A stretch of DNA of 64,000 bases, taken from positions 280,240,001 to 280,304,000 of the forward strand of contig OZ024741.1 of assembly GCA_964016885.1 (NCBI GenBank), in the 5' to 3' direction. Position numbers and translations under genes: made by a program. Positions within the stretch are counted from its first letter, which is position 1; each line of letters opens with the position of its first letter. This DNA comes from Eledone cirrhosa. Lineage: Eukaryota. A model generated the notes under the pieces. It was not told where the DNA came from and made no database searches. It was given only the letters and a program-made list of their open reading frames with translations. Positions 36,521-48,800 of the stretch are shown here, piece after piece.

Positions 36521-39107
36521 CCACAAGAAAGATCTGGAAGCTGAAAGTCCCCTCAACCAGTAACAGATTTAAAGATATTTTACTCAACGCCTACGACAGT
36601 AAAGAAGAACAGATAGAGACATTTAACGTAGAAGAGAACTGGGAGTTCCTAAAAAATAACTTACTAGAGGCGACGGATGAGGTTTGTGGCTGGAGTAAGA
36701 CCTCAAGCAGGAGGAGAGTGACTTGGTGGTGGAACAATAAGGTAGATGAAGCAGTCAAGGCCAAGAGACAGGCATGGAAAGAATGGAAGAACGGGGGGAG
36801 CAGGGTACATTACATAGAGACCAAGAGGGAAGCTAGGCGACAAGTATACTTAGCTAGGAGGGAAGCAGAGGATAGAAAATTCAAGCATGTTTTACAACGT
36901 GAGGACCAGAAACAGGAGGTATTCAAGATTGCGAGGCAGTGTGTCAGAGATAGTTGTGATGTCATTGGAGAGAAGTGTATCCGGAATGATAAAGGTGAGC
37001 TTGCCCTCACAAGTGCTGAGAAGAAAGATGCATGGAAGAGTCATTATGATAGATTACTAAATGAGGAGAATGCATGGGAAGAAGAGACCCTACCCCACGT
37101 AGACCCTATAGAGGGACCAGCAGTACAAGTCAGCGGCAGCGTAGTAAGTAAGGCAATCAGAGATATGAAGATAGGGAAGGCAACCGGTCCATCGGGTATA
37201 GCTGCCGAGATGCTGAAGGCATCTGGGTCTGTAGGTCACACTATAACCACACGTATCGTTAACCAGGTAATACTAGAGGGGGCCATACCAAAAGATTGGT
37301 GCAGTAGCATCATTGTCAACTGCTACAAAGGTAAAGGCGATGCACTAGATAGAGGAAACTATAGAGGTATAAAGTTGATGGACCAGGTCATGAAAGTAAC
37401 AGAAAGAGTTATAGCACAGCTGATTAGGGACCGGGTGAATATAGACGAGATGCAATTTGGGTTTGTTCCAGGGAAAGGCACCGCTGATGCGCTCTTCCTT
37501 GTGAGGCAATTACAGGAAAAGTACCTAGCTAAAAGTAAGCCACTCTACTTGGCATTTGTCGACCTTGAGAAAGCCTTTGACAGAGTTCCACGTGCAGTAA
37601 TCTGGTGGGCTCTTAGAAAACTAGGAGTAGATGAATGGCTTGTGAAAGCGGTACAAGCCATGTATAGGGGAGCAGTCAGCAAAGTTAGGATTGGCAATGA
37701 GTATAGCGAGGAATTTAGCGTACAGGTTGGGGTCCACCAGGGCTCTGTTCTTAGCCCTCTCCTGTTCATCATAGTCCTGCAGGCAATAACGGAGGAGTTT
37801 AAGACCGGATGCCCATGGGAACTCCTGTATGCTGATGACCTCGCACTCATAGCTGAATCTATGGTAGAACTAGAGAATAAATTCCAAACCTGGAAGCAGG
37901 GACTAGAGAGAAAGGGCCTCAAAGTCAACATGACAAAGACTAAGGTCCTTATAAGTAGACGAGAAAACAGAACCCAGATCCCCTCAGGGAAATGGCCTTG
38001 CTCAGTATGTAGGAAAGGTGTAGGTAGGAACTCCATTCTTTGCCCCAAATGCAAACAATGGGTACACAAGAGATGTAGCGGGATCTCAGGAAGCTTAATT
38101 AAGAATGTAGGATTCACATGCAGCAGCTGTGCTGAAACAGCAAGCAAACAGCCACAGGAAACAAGTACCACCAATCTCTGGGAGGGCCCTGTAGAAACAG
38201 TAGACAGCTTCTGCTACCTAGGTGACCGAATTAGCAACGGAGGTGGGTGCTCAGAAAGTACAATAACTAGGGTAAGAACGGGATGGAAGAAGTTTAGGGA
38301 ACTACTACCACTGCTAGCTGCAAAAGGCTTCTCCCTCAGAATGAAAGGCAGACTGTATGATGCGTGTATCCGAACAGCGATGTTGCATGGTAGTGAGACC
38401 TGGGCGCTGAAGGTGGAAGACTTACGTAGATTAGAGAGAAACGAAGCCTGTATGCTCCGATGGATGTGTAACAGTAATATACGTGAACGACAAAGCATAA
38501 ATGAATTGAGAGAGAGACTGAGCATAAGAGGAATCAAATGCTGCGTGCAGGAGAGGCGGTTACGCTGGTATGGACATGTGATGCGTATGAAGGATGACAG
38601 CTGCATAAAAAGGTGCAGAGCACTAGAAGTTGATGGAAACCGCGGAGTGGGGAGACCCAAGATGACTTGGGATGAGGTGATAAAAGCCGACCTTACCCAA
38701 CTACACCTCTCAAAGTCAATGACACACGACCGTGACTTCTGGCGTCACGCAGTAATACAGGGTACCCGACCTCCCATGGGTACATGCTGAAGCATATAAA
38801 CAATATGCCCCCCCCCCCCCCCTCCCCCCCCCCACCGCAAGGTGGTCGTGGAGGTGCCACGGCAAAAAAGCACCCAGCCCACACTGTAAAGTGGACGTGT
38901 AGGCGCCACGAAAAAGCACCCAGCACTCACTGTAAATGAGGTTGGTGTTAGGAAGGGCATCCAGCTGTAGAAATCAAGCCAGATCAGTTCCTGTATGAGC
39001 AAGGCATGGTCAGCCGACCAGACACTGCCCACAACAGGACAACCCGTCTAACCCATGCTAGCGTGGAAGAACGGACGTAAAACGGTGATGATGATGATGA
39101 TGATGAT
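36521..39107 (+). mobile_element. 5'-truncated RTE LINE, sister family C
   Basis: Homology starts immediately after the (AT)n tract (RKIWKLK..ATDEVCGWS); different 3'UTR; (GAT)7 tail followed by (AT)n. Confidence 0.95.
36526..38790 (+). pseudogene. Open RT reading frame of RTE family C, lacking the APE domain and start
   Basis: The frame of ORF 36718-38790 extends upstream without stops to the truncation point; YADD, PHD-like finger and FCYLG are present. Confidence 0.9.
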
Positions 39108-39225
39108 ATATATATATATATATATATATATAATGTGTGTGTGTATTCTGAGTTAGATTGAAGCTAACTGCATTAAATAAGGTACTCCATACATTAACAT
39201 CAGTAGAGTGATAACATAAAAATAT

Positions 39226-39322
39226 AATATAGAAACGGCTTCTACAGAACTAGAACTGTTTCATCCCTGATGATTTCATGTGAATGAAACAGTTCTAGTC
39301 ATGTAGAAGCCATTTCTATATT
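39226..39322 (+). ncRNA. Fold-back element containing a degenerate hammerhead core
   Basis: Inverted arms 39226-39264 / 39284-39322; CTGATGA (39267-39273), TTC/GAA stem II, GAAAC (39286-39290), GTC (39298-39300), then ATTAAA. Confidence 0.45.
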
Positions 39323-39539
39323 AAATTTTGATTATGATATTTAATCCCCATGTTCAAGCTTAATCCTTTTCGAAACGTGTTTAAGCTTGACTGAATAATA
39401 TCTACTCTTTGTTTTCTTTAAAGTATCGAGTACTAAGTTGAATAATGGTCTTACTAGTCTCAGTTAGTGACATCTGTGTGTGTGTGTACTTTATACAAAT
39501 AAAACTTAGAATAATACACTGATCACCCCCATTGCAATC

Positions 39540-39832
39540 ACATCTTCATTGTTTTAACATCCACTTTCCCTGCTAGCAAGAGTTGGATGGGTCTACATAG
39601 GCTAAGTCAGTACTGAACCTGTGGCTACTGATATCCTAGACAAGCCAGCGATGTGTCGTCTCACGTATGTACAGTCTCACATTCTACTGAGTGCACAGGG
39701 GAGTTTTTGACACAACTGAGGGTCCTCCCAACTTTTAGTTTGGACAAGCTTACTATGGCTGGATGCTCTTCTTATCACCAAACACTTTACAGTATGTACT
39801 GAGTGCATTTATTGTGTAGATCATCAACTCTA
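39540..39832 (-). mobile_element. RTE family E 3'UTR fragment
   Basis: Similar to 48488-48800 (-) and 51590-51870 (+): GACTT.GTCTATGTAGACC.ATCCAAC..TTGCTAGCAGGGAAA..GGA.GTTAAA. Confidence 0.7.
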
Positions 39833-40524
39833 GGGATGATATATATATATACTGTGTGTGTGCGCCTGAACGATGTGGGAGAATACTCTCTGCAGCCACA
39901 CTGGGTCAATGTTGAAACGTTTCAATTTATTATATCACCATTTCATCTGGTATACATTTCATCAACCTTGGGTCATAGAAAAGTAGCCAACATGTGTGTA
40001 AATACCATTTTTGTTGAACACATTACCACATTTCTAATGAAAGATACTGCCTATCATCATCAGCATCACCATTTAAGGTCCATTTTCCATGCTAGCATGG
40101 GTTAACCGAGTTGCCCATTATGAGACATGTCAGATCAGATGACTGTTTCTAGTTTGGTTTCTATGGCTGGATGCTTATTTATCAAGTCACCAACATGGCC
40201 ACCTTATCGGGTGGACTGGGTACTGAAAATAAGTAATTGGAGAGATTTAGTAATACATCTAACTTCCTCATTATTAAATTGGTGTTTCAAGCTTAATTTA
40301 TTTAAAAGGTTTTTTTTTTTTTTAGATAAATATAATCACTTTAAAATAAACAGAATAAACAGCTGTGTATCATCGAAGCAAAGACACTTCCAGGTGGTTT
40401 GATAACCTCAGCTTTGTTTCAGCTACATCACTTTACATTATTAATTCTGATCCTGTCCTTTGGGTAACAAAGTAAGCAACAATATTGTATTGTGATTGAT
40501 TTAGTGAACCATATACATGCCTTG

Positions 40525-40670
40525 GTACCAATGTGTACACCTGTAGGTACATGCTGTAGTATCAGTGGGTACATGCTGTAGTACCAACATTTACACCTTT
40601 AGGAACATGCTGTAGTACAAATGTGGTGCCAATGTGTACGCCTGTAGGTACATGCAGTAGTACCAATATG
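40525..40670. repeat. Degenerate tandem repeat (GTAGGTACATGCTGTAGTACCAA)
   Basis: Four imperfect recurrences. Confidence 0.7.
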
Positions 40671-41255
40671 TAAGTTTGGTGCCTATGAACCATTTCAAAA
40701 CCTCCAAGACTGCTGAGAAGGAAAGAAATGGTCCAAGCAGCCAAAGAGCTGGGTAGTGCTGTTAAACTGATTGATGGATTGAGTTGACCAACTAAGTAGG
40801 TCACAGCAGGATTTGAACTCAAAACACCATGTACCAGAACAACTGCAAGGCATTTTTATCTGATGCTTTAACAGTTGTACATTTCCTCCTCCCTAAACTG
40901 GTATTTTATATTATTGACTGCAAAATGATGGAAGTCAAAGTTGACTTTGGTGGGATTTGAACCCAGAACATAGTGAACCAAGACAAATACTAGTATTTTG
41001 TCTTAGTGGTAAGAAACTCCTAGGAGAGCTGGACAACAGGTCTTCAGAGAAGAAATCCTCCTCAAGCAATTGTTTCAGCCCTATGTTCTAACAAATACCA
41101 ATTTACTCTGTATAACCAAGTGCATTATTGATGTGTGTGCAGAATTATATTCTGGAGGTGAGATAGGGTGTTAGGTCAATTTATAATTAACTGATTTACT
41201 GTTGTGCAGGGTCTTGTTTTGATGTTCCAAGTGTTAAAAAAAAACATGTGAAGAT

Positions 41256-41470
41256 GTGTAGTTTAGTGATTAGAACATTGGATTTGTAATCGTGAGGTTG
41301 TAAGTTCGTTTCCTGGACCAGGTGTGGCACTTTATTTTATGATGCTCTTTCTGCCAGGAGTTGCAACTGGTAGATAGTATCAGCAATGGAAACATTGTTT
41401 CTTTGGTTTGATTTGGCGCGTTCCACCTCACTCAGTATGCAAATGAGGTTTGGGATCTTGTTGATTTTTA
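41256..41470 (+). mobile_element. V-like SINE with tail type 2; inverted homologue at ~44660-44905
   Basis: tRNA-like head, then GCTCTTTCTGCCAGGAGTTG..GTAGATAGTATCAGCAATGGAAA..TTTGGGA..TTGTTGAT, whose reverse complement lies at 44660-44790 next to a V-like head. Confidence 0.65.
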
Positions 41471-42444
41471 AAAAAAAATTTTTTTTTTTTTTTTTTTTTC
41501 GACGGTTAATATGAGTGCTCAATTTGTTTCAGTTTTAATGGAGAGATACGTGATTATTACCTAATGTATAAAGCTACCTACCTAGTCATGCATAAGGTTG
41601 GGTATACTGTCATTCTAAGGACAGAGGACATAAAGCTACCTACATAGTCATGTATATGGTTGGATATACTGTCATTCTGAAGGCAGGATATCTGGAAATA
41701 ATTGTTTCTACTTTTGGTACAAGGCCAGCAATGACCCAGTACATTACTAGTACTTTATTTTATCGACCCTGAAAGGATGAAAGGCAAAGTTATATTGATT
41801 AAATAGTCTGCAGTGACATTACTCTCTTGTTTAGATGCTGTGTTTTTGTTTTTTTATCCAGCATTCAAATTCTTTCGATATCAGCCTACCCAAAACTGCC
41901 TCTGGTTTTATAAAACAGTGTTTTTACATCAAATTTTTCAGGCTGGCATCAGTTAAATGGGATTTTTTTAGGTGAGGTTTTATAGCTGGATGCCTTTCCT
42001 GCCACCAACTCTTGCAGTCTCCATTTATGACACATAGGGATATGGTTTTCCTATTTGAATTAAGATCTAACATAATTTGACAACACCTTTTGTTAAATTA
42101 TATTACTGACACCATCTTAATGAATTAATTGGTTATTTTAGTATTTTTCATATGACATGGTAACAAAAATGTTGAGTCAATGTTAGTTTTCATATTGGTT
42201 CATTTTCTCTGTCCATTCTTATAGGATACATAAGAGAGGTTTATCTTCTTTTTTTTTTTTTCTTAGTACACACAATTACATAGATATCATCATCAGTGTT
42301 TAACATCTATTTTCTATGTTTGCATGTGTTGTATGGGATGCCATATTTTGAGGATAGAGTAGTCAACTTTCTACAGCTGGAGTTTCTTCCTAACACCAAT
42401 CTTTTGTAGCGGACACACATCTATCTAATCAAATAAATATTCTT

Positions 42445-42716
42445 GGGAACTGGACATGTTAAGCACACACTGGGCTGGACATATTACATACACACACTGG
42501 ACATGTCACATACAGACACTGGACGTATTACACACACAGTGGACGTGTTACACACACTGGACAAATATATGAGATTTGTAACTTTGTTGTTTGATTTGAA
42601 GACACTCAACTGCAAACCTATCAGAGAGCAGCTGATACTTGGTCTGGGGGCCAAGAACGCTGGAAGTCTCCACTGCCACAGGCTCAACCACAAACCTATC
42701 AGAGAGCGGCTGATAC
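42445..42716. repeat. Short tandem repeats (CACACTGGAC units; AAACCTATCAGAGAGC.GCTGATAC twice)
   Basis: Visible recurrences. Confidence 0.65.
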
Positions 42717-44014
42717 ATATTTTTGTTGAACTGTTTCATTTGTTCTGCATTGCTTAAAGTAAAGCAGATGTAGAAATAATGAAAACGAGAAAAACAAAAA
42801 TACCTTGGAGATATTTATACCTCTGAGGCTCCAAAAGAGGTGTAATTTATCTCTAGTTAATACTGTTTATCAATGTTGTCAAATGAGTTTATCCATTTAA
42901 TCCTTCTCTTAATTGAGTTACAGTAGTCTGGCTTAATTTCATCCATGAAGGCCATTGAGATTATCATTAATTTGAAATAGGATATACTTTAAATGGTACT
43001 TGAGATTTACTAAAAATACTTTTACCATATTACTATATGTGAAAGTCAATAAAGCATTTATATAAAAGTTTGTACTTCTACCTCTCTTCAGACATATTTT
43101 ATTGACTGTTTTAAAGCTGATGAATATTTAAATAATACTAAACAATAAACAAACAAACCCCAAGTATGCACAGCCATGCAAGTTTGTGTGTTTAGAAACT
43201 GTGCTTCTGATATTGTTTTCTGGACCCCCCCCCCCCCCCCCCTCCATATATATTATATATTTGTATCATATATATATCCTGTGAGTGCACAAGTGAAACT
43301 CCAGAGTAACAAGACTCACTACTTAGCCATAATAAAAGAATATATATATATATCATCATCAATAGTTAACACCCATTTTCCATGACAGCAATATATATAT
43401 TCATAAATGGGAAATGTTAGCAAAATAAATTTAGAAGAATTAATGATACTCCAACTACCCCAACTGCAGTTTCATAGCGTAAGACCAATATCAAACATCT
43501 TAACTAGCCAAGACATCTAACATTGTGAGAAATCACTAATCATCAGGGAGCTTCTCATGTAATAAGCGAAGTATTCTTTACGTGGCTGCAATATATGTGT
43601 TTTCCAAACAATAAAACATCATGTGCTTAGTAGCCAGAATGAGAAAAACAACAGGTGGATGAGCGACATTAAAAGAACTGTTAGAAATAGCTCACCAACT
43701 GTCAGTTTAACTCAACTACAAGGAAGTATAAAATAGTTATCAGAAACAGAGATATACATATAAAATGTCCTAACAGTTGCAGGGTGGCTCAATGAATCTG
43801 AGCATTATATATTCATAAATGGGAGATGTTATCAACAATTCATTTCACATTACTCCAATATACACATCTGAAAATAACTACCAGCAATAGTTGGGGGTTT
43901 AACTCTGCAATGGATTGGCACCCTGTCCAGAGTGGAGGTCTTGTACTTTCTCTTAGTCGCTTAACACTATGGAAACTAGAATAAGCACTGAGCTCGAGGC
44001 AGATTTTAGAATAT

Positions 44015-44252
44015 CACCATCATCGTTTAACGTCCACTTTCCATACTAGCATGGGTTAGACGGGTTGTTCCATCTGAGGCAAGTTGGGTCAGGTGACTGT
44101 GTCCTGCTCATACAGAACTGTTTCTGGTTATATTTCTACAGCAGGATGTCCTTCCTAATGCCAACCACATTTACAGTGTGTGTTGGGTGCTTTTTGTCAT
44201 GATACTTACACAACCACTTTACAGTGTGGGCTGGGTGCTTTTTGTCGTGATA
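44015..44252 (-). mobile_element. RTE family C-like 3'UTR fragment
   Basis: Reverse complement of 38860-39095-type sequence (AAAAAGCACCC..CACTGTAAA..AACCCGTCTAACCCATGCTAG). Confidence 0.75.
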
Positions 44253-44366
44253 AAGAAAAGTTAAATTTCGATTATAAGCCCCTCTTTTTTTTTTTCCTTT
44301 GTTGCAACTCTCATATCAGCATCTGTATCTTTAAGTTGGATATGAAACTCATTTTTTTTATTTTAG

Positions 44367-44417
44367 GATTGTAGTCACCACTACAAGATTTCAGCATGTC
44401 AACCAATTGTTGACCTA
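44367..44417 (+). other. Candidate 51-nt symmetric internal exon
   Basis: Branch-like CTCAT, T-rich tract and TTTTAG| acceptor, CTA|GTAAGA donor; phase-0 frame is open (DCSHHYKISACQPIVDL). Confidence 0.35.
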
Positions 44418-45200
44418 GTAAGAAGTGATGTTTAGACAGAACTGAGAGTAGAATATTTCACAAAATGTCAATTTGATTGATTGGTCAATTCACAAAGAAT
44501 TTTTATTATAAAGAGTAGATTACTGCTATGCAATGAAGTTAATACTTAAGACTATATTATTTTGTTTTGTTTGTTTTTTTCATTTATTTTAATAGATATA
44601 TGGAAACAGGTGTTACAAATGTTCTACATTTCTTTATTATTTTATTTTTACAAAAGTATTTTATCAACAAATTCCCAACCCCCATTTGCTTACGAAATAG
44701 AATGGAACTCGTTAAATCGGATCAAGGAAACAACAATAGTTTTTCCATTGCTGATACTATCTACAAGTCACAACTCCTGACAGAAAGAGCAATGTGAAAT
44801 GAAGTGTCTTGCTCAAGGACATAATGCATCACTCAGTCTGGGAGTCAAACTAGCACTCTCACAATTGTGAATCCAATTCTCAAACCACCAAGCCAGGCAC
44901 CTTCACACTATTATATATATAAGGTAGATTATATGAGTTCATGATACAACTGTATAAGGCATTCAGATATTTAAAGCTCTAATATAATTTTATCCATATC
45001 AACATTGGCAAAATATTTGTATCTGGTCACACGAGAGCATGTGGTCTGTAAATAAATATATTTTTATATTATCTGGTGGTTCTGACGATTTCTCTACAAA
45101 GGAATTAAATACTACCTCCTTTTGTATTTGAATAACACATGTAAATCAATTAAATAATGTATTAATGTATTGAACCTTAGTGATTATTTTTTTATATATA

Positions 45201-45537
45201 TGGCTTAGTGGTTAGAGCATTGGCCTTGCAATCGAAAGGTTGTGAGTTCAATTCTCAGACCGGGTGATGTGTTGTTTCCTTGAGCAAGACACTTTATTTC
45301 ACATTGCTCCAGTTTACTCAGCTGTAGAAATGAGATGATAGGGACTGGATTCCCTATCATTCCACTGAAAAGTGGACGTGTAGGTGCCACGGCAAAAAAG
45401 CACCCAGCACTCACTGTAAATGAGGTTGGTGTTAGGAAGGGCATCCAGCTGTAGAAATCAAGCCAGAATCAGTTCCCATCCCACCCTTTCAAGCAGGGAA
45501 AAGCGGACGTTAAATGAAATGATGAAATGATGATGAT
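45201..45537 (+). mobile_element. Composite SINE: tRNA head, V-like domain, RTE-C 3'UTR and RTE-D terminus
   Basis: TGGCTTAGTGGTTAG, GAGTTCAATTC, TTCCTTGAGCAAGACACTTTATTTCAC; 45363-45476 matches 38883-38991; 45480-45515 matches the family-D end. Confidence 0.8.
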
Positions 45538-45935
45538 ATATATACATACATACATACATACATACATACATAAATGGAGGGGCTCTGAGTACATTTTATA
45601 AGTGCTGGGGGTCGATATGATTGATTGAATCCCATTGAGGTGGTGCCCCAGCATGGTCGCAGTCTAATGACTGAAATAAGTAAAAGACTAAGAGAATCTT
45701 TATAAGCTGAGGATAACTCTGCATAGTGGTTGGACCTGCGAGAGATAGAAGAAATATTTCCCCTTAATGACACCATACCACCTTTTCAAAAAAGGAGACA
45801 GGTTTATGTAGTTTTAAATAAACTATCTTCAAAATGACAGGATAGTCTCAACTGGAATGCCTTTTATATCTGAAGTATAATAACTTCATGCAACTAATTA
45901 GAATTTGTTTTTCACTTGATTGACAGAACAGTAAC

Positions 45936-47375
45936 CATCATCATCATCATTTTACGTCCGCTCTTCCCTGCTTGCAAGGGTGGGACGGGTCTTATTCAGC
46001 ACAGCATTTCTCCACTTGTCACAGTCCTTCGTCATCTCCTCCGTGAGCTTCAGCGAACTGAGGTCTGTTCTCACCATCTCCGTCCATGTTTTTCGTGGTC
46101 TACCTCTACCACGTCTTCCTTCAACTAGCATTTCCTGGCACTTCTTCACCCATCGGTCATCCTCCATGCGCATCACATGTCCATACCACCTCAGTCTCCT
46201 CTCTCGCACACTACATTCTGTCCCTCTCAGACACAGTTTCTCTCTCAACACATTCATGCTGGGTCATTCACGCACATTGACACTGCACATCCAACGAAGC
46301 ATGCTTGCCTCATTTCTCTCCAGCCATCGCATATCCTCTGCAGTTGCTGCCCATGTCTCACTACCATGCAGCATCGCGCTCCTCACACAGGCATCATATA
46401 ACCGGCCTTTCGTACGCAGGGAGAAACCCTTCTTCGTCAGCAGAATCCCCCCCCCCCCCACTCCCATGCTAATCTGATCTCATAGGTACCGGAAGCTATC
46501 CACCACTTCTATAGCACCCGCCTGCATTTGAAAAATGTGTCTATCAATACGACTTCTACCTACTGTCTAATTTCCCTGTACATCTACTGCATACGTATTT
46601 CTCCCTACCTGTTAGTTTGCCTGCTATCCCGCTACATCTCTTGTGTACCCAGGATCTGCATTGTATGCATTTTATAGAATTTATGCCAGTTCCTTTTCTG
46701 CATATCGAACATGGCCATTTCCCTGATGGAATCAGAGTTTTGTCCTCTTTTCTACTCATCAACACTTTTGTCTTAGCTAGATTCACTCTCAGTCCTCTTG
46801 CTTCCAACTGCTGTTTCCATAGCCAGAATTTATTCTCTAGCTCCTCTACTGATTCTGCTATAAGAACCAGATCGTCAGCATAGAGAAGTTCCCATGGACA
46901 GCCAGTCTTAAACTCCTCTGTTATGGCTTAGAGGACTATAATGAACAAGAGCGGGCTGAGGACCGAACCTTGATGTACTCCTACTTGTATCTGGAATTCC
47001 TCACTAAACTCCATTCCTACCCTCACTTTACTGACAGCACCTCTGTACAAAGTTTGCATTGTCCTCACAAGCCATTCCTCAACACCTAGTTTCCTTAGGG
47101 ACCACCAGATGACAGATCAGGGTACCCTATCAAAGGCCTTCTCTAGATCAACAAAGGCTAAGTATAGTGGCTTATTTTTCTCTAAGAACCTCTCTTGTAA
47201 TTGTCTCACCAAGAAGAGGGCATCTGTTGTACTCTTCCCAGGAACAAAACCAAACTGCATCTCATCTAGTTTGACCCTTTCTCTAATTAGTTGTGCTAAT
47301 ATCCTTTCTGCCACTTTCATAACCTGATCCATTAGTTTTATACCCCTATAATTGCTCCTCTCCAGACCATGCATT
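45936..47375 (-). mobile_element. 5'-truncated, disabled RTE LINE family D, copy 2
   Basis: ORF pieces 47117-47374, 46556-46807 (PHD-like finger), 46264-46467 and 45952-46257; stops and a deletion; (GAT)n tail. Confidence 0.93.
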
Positions 47376-48487
47376 ATAAATGTTAGTTTTTAATATATTA
47401 TGAGAATGAGATAAAGACTGGATACATGAATGAATTCTTGTTTGTTCTGTATTATTTGACACACTAGCCAACACAAGTGCAAAGTACATAACACGTGTGT
47501 GTGTGTGTGCGCGTATATATAAATGCAATCATTTTAACATCCCCTTTCACTGCTAGCAAGGGTTGGACTATATATATATATTGTTATACTTGAAGGGGGG
47601 GGGGGGGGTTATGCTGCCAATAAAATAAAAACAGATGCACCTGTTGGTTTTCACTTCAATTTATTATAAATTTCCAGTTAGTTGGTTCAAGAACTGGATG
47701 GTTGTTTATATATGGTCAAAGCTCTTTTGTCACATATTCTGTGACCTCCTCAGTGATCGATTTCTTATTTTATGTCTCTTTTGTTCTCTTATATATTAAC
47801 AAGGGACAAGTAGTCTCTTTTTTTTTACATTGATCTTTGATACTCAATATCTTGTTTGATTATCAAGTTTTCTGTGAGCACTGTTATAATTAATTCTCCC
47901 TATAACAAAGTAATTATTTTATCCTGAACATATTTTGAGAACAATAATCTATGATGTCCTTATGACTACTCTCTATTCTTGTAGTTGAGTTCATATAATT
48001 ACACATAGCAATAACAATGATGTTGTTTTGGCAGCTATGCCTGAATAGTTAGCTTCAAGAATTTGAAGCAAATAGGGAGATATTTTACGGCACCTCACTA
48101 CATCCTGGCTAGATCAAGTTCTATTCACCCTTTTATGATTATATTTCTGTTGATATAAACTGCTAGTGTATTTCAATAAATTAATTAATTAATTGAAAAT
48201 AATCAGGAATTTATAGTGATAACTTTCTCATTAATAAACTGGTGAATTGGGAGACTCCTTAGAGTGCTAGAAAAATACTTAGCAGTAATTTGTTTTTGGC
48301 TCTTTTCTATCTGCGTTCAAATCCTGCTGAGATCAACCTTGTCTTTCATCTTCCTGGTTGTGAATAAAATAAAATACCAGTTAATTACTGGACTTTATAT
48401 AATTGGCTTTCTCCCTTCCCCAAATTGCTGGTTTTGTGCAAATGTTAGAAATAGTTATTAAGCTGGTTTTAGGATCATAACTTCATT

Positions 48488-48800
48488 ATTTTAACGTCGA
48501 CTTTCCCTGCCAGCAAGGGTTGGATAGGTCTACATAGACCAAGTCAGTACTGAAGCAGGGTTACTGATCTTCCAGACAGGCCAGGGATCTGCGTCTGACT
48601 TCTGTATGTTCATGTTCTACCAACCGGAGAGGTTGTCATGTCTTTGACACAACTGAGGGCCCTCCCAATACTTTGTTTGGTATGCTTTCTATGATTGGAT
48701 GCCCTTCCCATCACCAACCACTTTACAGCATGTACTAGGTGCATTTATTATGTAGATCACCAAACACTAGAGAGGTTGTCATGTCCTTGACGCAAATGAA
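48488..48800 (-). mobile_element. RTE family E 3'UTR fragment
   Basis: Similar to 39540-39832. Confidence 0.7.

Noticed and set aside
33036-36525. 13-bp inverted match flanking RTE A (TGTGGATATATAT / ATATATATCCACA) as TIRs
   Set aside because: Mostly AT repeat, and the right part belongs to the start of RTE C; likely chance.
33114-38660. Antisense ORFs within the RTE copies (e.g. 37545-38174, 209 aa)
   Set aside because: Shadow frames of the RT coding strand with no independent motifs.
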